Shown here: piece by piece, positions 15,300 through 21,002 of the stretch | Numbering within the stretch: the first letter of the stretch is position 1 | Layout: every line of letters starts with the position of its first letter | Assembly: GCA_051747585.1 (NCBI GenBank) | Contig: JBNJGH010000001.1 | Coordinates: 60,733 to 81,734, forward strand | Direction: 5' to 3' | DNA length: 21,002 nt | Origin: Candidatus Rifleibacteriota bacterium | GTDB taxonomy: Bacteria; Muiribacteriota; Ozemobacteria; Ozemobacterales; Ozemobacteraceae | Program-made: the position numbers and the translations under genes | The notes under the pieces: generated by a model | The model's database searches: none | What the model was told of the DNA's origin: nothing | What the model saw: the letters and a program-made list of their open reading frames with translations, nothing else

Positions 15300-15947
15300 T
15301 TGAGTCAGCGAAAAAACTATTTTATTTCCAAGGGTATGCAGAGCAAGTTCGCAGGAACAATTCTGCTTTTAGCTTTTCTGGTTGCGGTAATTACGGCTTG
15401 CAACATTTATGTTCTGGGTTCATTTTTTGTTTCTACCAAGACAACATTAGTCGAAGCTAAAGGTGTTACAAATATAATGCAGCACTTTTTTACCGAATTC
15501 TGGCCTAGATTGCTGTTGCTGATTTTTGTTAACGTAATTATTATCTTTATTGTTTCGGTCATGTATTCTCACCAGACAGCAGGACCGGCATATAAGCTGG
15601 AAAAAAGTATTAAGAGAATAACTGAGGGAGATTTAACCTTCGAGGTAAGTCTGCGTCGCAATGATAACCTTAAAGAGCTTGCTGCAGCCTTGAACGATTT
15701 GCTTAAAAAGTTCAGAACAACTTTGGCCAAAACCAAGACTATCAGCGTCGATTTGTCTGAAAAGCTTAAAACTCTGGAAAAAGATGACAAATTTAAACAG
15801 CTGGCCAATAATGCCGAGGAACTTACCGCTCTTATAAATGAGTTTAAAATAGAGTCCGAGGTTGAACAAAAACCAGTTGATGGCATCGAAGATTCTGATG
15901 AAGATCAGGAGTCCGAAGATGCTGAAGCCGAAAGCAAAAAAGTTTGA
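15300..15947 (+). CDS. Two-TM HAMP-domain protein without an output domain
   Basis: AGGAGG SD before TTG 15300; two TM helices; SHQTAGPAYKLEKSIKRITEGDLTFEVSLRRNDNLKELAAALN HAMP; short coiled coil; acidic tail. Confidence 0.85.
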   Translation: MSQRKNYFISKGMQSKFAGTILLLAFLVAVITACNIYVLGSFFVSTKTTLVEAKGVTNIMQHFFTEFWPRLLLLIFVNVIIIFIVSVMYSHQTAGPAYKLEKSIKRITEGDLTFEVSLRRNDNLKELAAALNDLLKKFRTTLAKTKTISVDLSEKLKTLEKDDKFKQLANNAEELTALINEFKIESEVEQKPVDGIEDSDEDQESEDAEAESKKV

Positions 15948-15962
15948 TTTTATAGAATTAGA

Positions 15963-16007
15963 AAATAAAAAAGACCGCAGCTTTTAAAGCTGCGGTCTTT
16001 TTTATTT
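15963..16007. terminator. Bidirectional intrinsic terminator
   Basis: Perfect 22-bp inverted repeat AAATAAAAAAGACCGCAGCTTT-T-AAAGCTGCGGTCTTTTTTATTT between convergent genes, with A- and T-tracts on the flanks. Confidence 0.92.
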
Positions 16008-16017
16008 GTCCTTGTTT

Positions 16018-16857
16018 TTATTCAGGAACAAGGGCGTCTTTGATTCGGCTCAATCGGCCACGCAAACGTAAAATTGCCTTGGTGTGCAATTGCGAGACCC
16101 TTGAGTCTGAAACGCCAAGAATTTTTCCGATTTCTTTTGAGGTAAGTTCTTCGTAGTAATACAGAGTAATTACCATGCGTTCGCGGTCTGAAAGTTTTGA
16201 GATGGCATCGGCCAGAATTTTTTTGGCTTCAGATTCTTCAATTTTCAGTTGAGGGTTGTCGCTTTTCTGATCTTCGATAAAGTCAAATCTGGATGAACCT
16301 TCTTCGTCGTCGTAAAAAATTTCATCGAGAGATAACAAAAGAGACTTTTTGGTTTCATCAAAAAGCTTGTGAAGTTCAGAAATATCTATATTCAGATATT
16401 CTGCGATTTCCTCGTCTTTGGCGTCTCTTCCCAGTTTCCCTTCAAGCTTTGCGTAAGCTTTTTCCAGCTTGCGAGCTTTCTGACGTATAGATCTGGGAGT
16501 CCAGTCAAGTACGCGGAGTTCGTCGAAAATAGCGCCCCTGATTCTGGTTTTTGCATAGGTTTTAAATTTGACCTGCCTTGCGGGATCGTATTTGTCTATG
16601 GCATCAATAAGGCCAAGAATGCCATAACTTACGAGGTCGTCAAATTCAACATTGCTTGGGAGGTTTACAGCTATGCGGCCTGCTACATATTTAACAAAAG
16701 ACGCATATTTCATGATTAAAGCGTCTTTAATACGCTGATCATGATTTGTTTTGTATTGTTCCCAGAGTTTCTGGTCTTCCTCGTCCTGAAGACGAGTCTT
16801 CAGTTTAGGATCAGTGATTTCCTGCTCTTCGTTGCCTACCAGAAGTTCTTTATTCAC
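16018..16857 (-). CDS. fliA: RNA polymerase sigma factor, FliA/WhiG/SigD (sigma-28) family
   Basis: GTG start with GGAGG SD; DDLVSYGILGLIDAIDKYDP, FKTYAKTRIRGAIFDELRVLDW, LYYYEELTSKEIGKILGVSDSRVSQLH. Confidence 0.96.
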   Translation of the reverse strand: MNKELLVGNEEQEITDPKLKTRLQDEEDQKLWEQYKTNHDQRIKDALIMKYASFVKYVAGRIAVNLPSNVEFDDLVSYGILGLIDAIDKYDPARQVKFKTYAKTRIRGAIFDELRVLDWTPRSIRQKARKLEKAYAKLEGKLGRDAKDEEIAEYLNIDISELHKLFDETKKSLLLSLDEIFYDDEEGSSRFDFIEDQKSDNPQLKIEESEAKKILADAISKLSDRERMVITLYYYEELTSKEIGKILGVSDSRVSQLHTKAILRLRGRLSRIKDALVPE

Positions 16858-16880
16858 TTCATCCCTCCGTGTCTGGCCGC

Positions 16881-17279
16881 CTATGAGACTGCTGCTGAAT
16901 CACTGTGAACAATTCCGTTTTCATTAGCGGATTTGTTTCCAGAGATTGGCTTAGACTCATCGGTAGGGTTGCCAATGGTTTCATATCTTATTTCATCTTC
17001 TTCATCAAGAAGGTCTCCAAGCTCTGCTTTGAGCTTTTCGTCTTCAAGAATCAATTCATCCTTAAGTTTTTCTGTTTCCTTTTCGGTCGTGCCCGGCATT
17101 AATACGACCTCAAGAAAACTTCCAAGTATAGTGCCAAGCATTCCAAAAATAAAAAATACTACCAGGCCCCGGTAAATAATAGTAACCGGACCTACGTTAG
17201 CCATAATGGCCAATAAAGAGACTACACCGGTTATGGTAACGGCAAGAAAAAGTCCCATTAGTAGTGAAAGTCTGGTCAT
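16881..17279 (-). CDS. Hypothetical two-TM membrane protein with acidic cytoplasmic tail
   Basis: Two hydrophobic helices, then a D/E-rich region; 3 bp from cheD, 23 bp from fliA. Confidence 0.8.
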   Translation of the reverse strand: MTRLSLLMGLFLAVTITGVVSLLAIMANVGPVTIIYRGLVVFFIFGMLGTILGSFLEVVLMPGTTEKETEKLKDELILEDEKLKAELGDLLDEEDEIRYETIGNPTDESKPISGNKSANENGIVHSDSAAVS

Positions 17280-17282
17280 AAG

Positions 17283-17768
17283 CTAAATTTCCCTGGGCTC
17301 TTCGCCAAGTATAGAAATCCTGAGTTTTCCCGTGCTCAGATTGAATTCTAAAGATCTTCCCCGGTTGCCACCAGTGTCTTCAGCTATAATTGGAATTTGA
17401 AGTTTCTCTAATGCATTTTTTATTGCACTTACATTTTCGAGCCCGATTTTACTGCTGAAATCTTCGGTGGGCGGAAACATTTCTGCACCACCGACAATTT
17501 TAGCGGTCAGTTTGCTTTTATAAGCACCTGCTTCTGCCATCTTGTCAAAAAGCAAAGGCACAGCGGTATCGGCAAATTTTCCCGGTTTTATTTTTTCCTG
17601 TTCTATTCCGCTGGAATCTGGAAGCATAATATGAGAAAAACCACCTATTTTATTTTTCTGGTCATAAAGTGCAAGAATTACACAAGAACCTATGCCGTAA
17701 ACAACCAGGCTGGATGGGTGTCGGGCTGTTTTTAATTCTCCCATTCCGACCGGGATAAATTCTGTCAT
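17283..17768 (-). CDS. cheD: Chemoreceptor glutamine deamidase CheD
   Basis: VGMGE, GIGSCV (catalytic Cys), HIMLP, GKFADTA, AKIVGGAEMF, AEDTGGNRGR. Confidence 0.96.
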   Translation of the reverse strand: MTEFIPVGMGELKTARHPSSLVVYGIGSCVILALYDQKNKIGGFSHIMLPDSSGIEQEKIKPGKFADTAVPLLFDKMAEAGAYKSKLTAKIVGGAEMFPPTEDFSSKIGLENVSAIKNALEKLQIPIIAEDTGGNRGRSLEFNLSTGKLRISILGEEPREI

Positions 17769-17771
17769 TTG

Positions 17772-18389
17772 TCAGGCGACTCCGATAGCTTTAAGTAATT
17801 TTTGTAGTGAATCCGGTTCTGGAAGAAGGAAAATATGAATTTTCAGATCTTCTTCTTCTTCAATAAATGAGGTTTCTATCATCAGCACTTTATCGCTGAC
17901 GGCAACCATATCTGCAACTACTGCGTTAATTAACGACCCTGAAAGATCGAAGGTCATAGATGGAAGTGAATTGAGCATCTGGGTCTGGGTAATAACCGAC
18001 AGTGCGTTCAAAAAAGATCCGGCCAGAATATTACCAACTTCACGCATGCAGGAACTTTCCATTTCTCCCATATTAAGGGGGGAATCCAGTTCGCTGCCGG
18101 GTATAAGAGTTCTTACAAGCTTCAGGGAAGTTTCTTCAGGTATTAACAGCAGAAACTTGCCGCTTATTTCACCCATCACCTTTAGATAGATACCCATAAC
18201 TTTTTGAGCTGGCCCGCCTACCAGATTGGCAATTTCATTGAAGCTCAAAATTTTGGCAGAGGGAACCGCCATATCAATTTTGCGGTTGAGAAATTGAGCT
18301 AAAGCGCTGGCAGCATTGCCTGAGCCGATGTTTCCAATTTCTCTTAGTGCATCTAGTTGTGTTTTGGTTAGATTCGTAATGTCTTCCAT
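17772..18389 (-). CDS. cheC: CheY-P phosphatase CheC
   Basis: Two [D/S]xxxExxN active-site motifs: DALREIGNIGSG and SCMREVGNILAG. Confidence 0.95.
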   Translation of the reverse strand: MEDITNLTKTQLDALREIGNIGSGNAASALAQFLNRKIDMAVPSAKILSFNEIANLVGGPAQKVMGIYLKVMGEISGKFLLLIPEETSLKLVRTLIPGSELDSPLNMGEMESSCMREVGNILAGSFLNALSVITQTQMLNSLPSMTFDLSGSLINAVVADMVAVSDKVLMIETSFIEEEEDLKIHIFLLPEPDSLQKLLKAIGVA

Positions 18390-18420
18390 TAATAACCTCT
18401 GAGAGTTACAATTCTACGCC

Positions 18421-18449
18421 ATTATAAAGTAGACAAAAGTATATTGCAA
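18421..18449 (-). promoter_or_regulatory. Putative sigma-70 promoter of the cheC-cheD-X-fliA operon
   Basis: Minus strand TTGCAA (18449-18444), 17 nt, TATAAT (18426-18421). Confidence 0.65.
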
Positions 18450-18620
18450 GACGACAGATAAATTTTTAACCCGGTTTTTAAGTTTAATTGCTTAATATTG
18501 CTTTTATTTTCTTTTGTAATGAAACGGTTTCCTTTTGTAGCCCGGGATCTGGAAAAAAGAATAAACTGTTCACAAAAGAAAATATTAAAAATAAAAATTC
18601 AAAGTTTCAAATTTGGATTC

Positions 18621-19235
18621 TTATTTATCTGAACCTTTTAAGTCTTCGGGAGATTTTTTGAAATTAAAGCCATTATATCTGGTCATGGCTTTGTTGCCCA
18701 TTCCCATAAGCCACAGAGCGCAGATGTCAGGAATCTCCTGAACAATATCTTCGAAAATTTTTTCTTCTTCTTCAGTTATAGAACCAAGAACATGGTCAAC
18801 CAATATGCTATGCCCTGATTCGTCTTCATCTCTGGGTTGTCCCACACCGATTCGCAATCTCCAGAATCCTTTGCCCAAGTGATTTATAATAGATTTGAGG
18901 CCATTATGCCCACCATCGCTGCCGGAAGCTCTTAACCTGATTCGGCCGGTTGGCAGATTAATGTCGTCGGTAATTACCAGCAGGTTGTCGGGATTTGTAT
19001 CTGTTTCGAGTAGAATACCTGCAAGAGCTTCGCCGGAAAGATTCATATAGGTCTGAGGTTTTATCAGAAGATGTTTGTCTCCATGGAATTGAAAATTACA
19101 GATTAAAGACTGATGGGCTTTGTGATCGAAACTTCCGCGAAACTTTTGTGCCACAGAGTCAACTGCCCAGAAACCTGCGTTGTGTCTGGTGCTTTGATAT
19201 TTTTCTCCAGGATTTCCTAAGCCAGCTATTATCAT
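18621..19235 (-). CDS. pth: Peptidyl-tRNA hydrolase
   Basis: GLGNPG..TRHNAGF, KPQTYMNLSG, DDINLP, GGHNGLKSI, RLRIGVG. Confidence 0.97.
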   Translation of the reverse strand: MIIAGLGNPGEKYQSTRHNAGFWAVDSVAQKFRGSFDHKAHQSLICNFQFHGDKHLLIKPQTYMNLSGEALAGILLETDTNPDNLLVITDDINLPTGRIRLRASGSDGGHNGLKSIINHLGKGFWRLRIGVGQPRDEDESGHSILVDHVLGSITEEEEKIFEDIVQEIPDICALWLMGMGNKAMTRYNGFNFKKSPEDLKGSDK

Positions 19236-19311
19236 AATTTATCGATGATTATTACAAACCGGAGTTTGTAAGTCAATGAAAACCTTGCTTAAAGGCTTTC
19301 TGCAGGGATAT

Positions 19312-19341
19312 TTGACATAATCGGTTGTTCGCGGTTATAAT
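19312..19341 (+). promoter_or_regulatory. Putative sigma-70 promoter of gpmI(-gmk)
   Basis: TTGACA (19312-19317), 18 nt, TATAAT (19336-19341); both hexamers are perfect consensus. Confidence 0.7.
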
Positions 19342-19393
19342 CCGCCAAACCTGCAGAATCTAATTTAGTTAAAATTAGTAAGGTTTTTTTATT

Positions 19394-20932
19394 ATGGAAC
19401 CAAAAACAAAAGTGCTCTTGATTATTCTTGACGGTTTCGGTAGTTCCGAAAAAGTTGAAGGTAATGCAATTAAAGCTGCAAAGCCTGAGTTTATTGAAAA
19501 ACTTTTTCAGGAAAGACCCAATACACGCCTCTCTGCTTCCGGCCTCAGTGTCGGCCTTCCTGAAGGCCAGATGGGTAATTCGGAAGTGGGACATTTAAAT
19601 ATAGGGGCCGGCCGAGTTGTATACCAGGATATAACCCGCATTAACAGGTCTATTGAAGATGGCTCTTTTTATGAAAATAAGACCCTTGTTGATTTGATCG
19701 AAAAGGTCAAGTCCAGAGGAAAAGCTCTGCATCTTTATGGCCTTGTTTCTAATGGCGGTGTTCACAGTCATATCGATCATATAGCGGCTATACTTGAGCT
19801 TGCCAAACGAAAAGGTTTGGGTAAGGTTTTTATCCACGCTTTTACCGATGGTAGAGATACTTCACCGACCAGTGGGGTTCATTTCATCAGAGATTTGATC
19901 GAGCAGACAAAAAAAACAGGTGTTGGAAAGCTGGCGACTATTTCCGGGCGTTATTATGCGATGGATCGCGATAATCGTTGGGACCGTATAGAAAAAGCTT
20001 ATCATGCACTGGTTCATGGGGTTGGCAACAGGGCGATTGATCCGGTTGTCGCTATGGAAGCCTCTTATAAGGTTAATGTAACCGACGAATTTGTCGTTCC
20101 TGTAGTCATTGAAGAGGATGGACAACCCGTTGCAACCATAGATGAAGGGGATGCAATTCTTGCCTTTAACTTCAGGGCAGATAGAATGCGGCAAATTACC
20201 CAGGTTTTTACTGATCCCAATTTCGATATCTTTAAACGCAAAGATATGAATATTGATTATGTAAGTTTTACCAAATATTCTGCAGACTTTGATTTTCCGA
20301 TTGCTTTTCCCAAGCAGAAAATTGACAAGGTGTTAGGCGAAGTTCTGGCCGATAATGGCATTCATCAGCTGCGCCTCGCTGAAACCGAAAAATATGCTCA
20401 TGTAACTTATTTCAGCAATGGTGGTAGCGAAACTCCCTTTGAGAACGAAGATCGCAAAATGATCAATTCTCCAAAAGTTAAAACCTATGATTTGAAACCT
20501 GAAATGTCAGCGTTTGAGGTTTGCGACACGCTTATTAACACGATTCAAAAGAATCGTTATGAATTTATAATGGTAAATTTTGCCAATTGCGATATGGTTG
20601 GGCATACCGGCATTATGGATGCTACTGTTAAAGCAGTCAGTGCTGTAGATTCAGTATTGTCTAAGGCTGTGTCTTTTGCTTATAGTGCCGGGTTTGATTG
20701 TGTCGTAACCGCAGATCACGGCAATGCTGAACAGATGCTTGATTTTGAAACCGGAGAACCTTTTACCGAGCATACAGTTAATTTGGTGCCTTTTTGTCTG
20801 GTATCCAGAGATGCTTATGAATTAAAAACCGATGGTTGTCTGGGTGATATTGCTCCGACAGTTCTTGATTTGATGGGCGTTGAGCAACCGGAAGCAATGA
20901 CCGGTAAATCTCTGTTAATCAAGAAAAAATAA
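19394..20932 (+). CDS. gpmI: 2,3-bisphosphoglycerate-independent phosphoglycerate mutase
   Basis: LIILDGFG, GQMGNSEVGH, GGVHSH, DGRD, GRYYAMDRD, AETEKYAHVT, DMVGHTG, TADHGNAE; 512 aa. Confidence 0.98.
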   Translation: MEPKTKVLLIILDGFGSSEKVEGNAIKAAKPEFIEKLFQERPNTRLSASGLSVGLPEGQMGNSEVGHLNIGAGRVVYQDITRINRSIEDGSFYENKTLVDLIEKVKSRGKALHLYGLVSNGGVHSHIDHIAAILELAKRKGLGKVFIHAFTDGRDTSPTSGVHFIRDLIEQTKKTGVGKLATISGRYYAMDRDNRWDRIEKAYHALVHGVGNRAIDPVVAMEASYKVNVTDEFVVPVVIEEDGQPVATIDEGDAILAFNFRADRMRQITQVFTDPNFDIFKRKDMNIDYVSFTKYSADFDFPIAFPKQKIDKVLGEVLADNGIHQLRLAETEKYAHVTYFSNGGSETPFENEDRKMINSPKVKTYDLKPEMSAFEVCDTLINTIQKNRYEFIMVNFANCDMVGHTGIMDATVKAVSAVDSVLSKAVSFAYSAGFDCVVTADHGNAEQMLDFETGEPFTEHTVNLVPFCLVSRDAYELKTDGCLGDIAPTVLDLMGVEQPEAMTGKSLLIKKK

Positions 20933-20954
20933 ATCTTCTAAACTAATTGATATT

Positions 20955-21002
20955 ATGATTAAACCTGAAAAGGGATTTTTATTTATTGTTTCCGGCCCTT
21001 CC
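20955..21002 (+). CDS. gmk: Guanylate kinase, 5' fragment truncated by the window edge
   Basis: ATG 20955 gives MIKPEKGFLFIVSGPS, matching the Gmk N-terminus leading into its P-loop; only 16 codons are visible. Confidence 0.7.
   Translation, partial: MIKPEKGFLFIVSGPS

Noticed and set aside
18450..18620. AT-rich pth-cheC gap as an ncRNA or terminator
   Set aside because: No convincing stem-loop or recognisable RNA motif.
19289..20194. Minus-strand ORFs overlapping gpmI, and the other short antisense ORFs in the track
   Set aside because: They overlap well-supported genes and show no motifs of their own.
1..21002. Prophage, IS or integron
   Set aside because: No integrase, transposase or virion genes and no cassette array; flanking genes are housekeeping.

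Overview
Low-GC bacterial chromosomal window, probably from a diderm organism with Firmicutes/spirochaete-style chemotaxis genes (it has an OM beta-barrel plus CheC/CheD; the lineage cannot be fixed from sequence alone). In order: (1) a sensor histidine kinase with a solute-binding-type sensor domain (- strand, runs off the left edge, missing from the ORF track); (2) a ~600 bp intergenic region packed with nested palindromes that fold into a gap-free four-way junction, bracketed by a 24-bp direct repeat; (3) a tightly coupled + strand trio: a secreted alkaline-phosphatase-fold protein without catalytic residues, an apparently inactivated AEP-primase/DnaB-like helicase fusion, and acylphosphatase; (4) a long - strand envelope run (LysM-M23 peptidase, OM barrel, FecR-domain protein, Fn3 lipoprotein, divergent MurC-family ligase, B3/4 protein, HEAT lipoprotein); (5) a DUF3465-like protein, rlpA with a sigma-28-type promoter, and a HAMP-only membrane protein; (6) a free-standing cheC-cheD-X-fliA operon; (7) pth, gpmI and the start of gmk. 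No rRNA, tRNA, CRISPR array or transposase was seen. Best leads: the degenerate primase-helicase with its pseudo-phosphatase neighbour, the four-way-junction element, the non-canonical Mur ligase and a possible local sigma-28 to cell-wall-hydrolase link. All family calls are by-eye motif recognition, not database searches.
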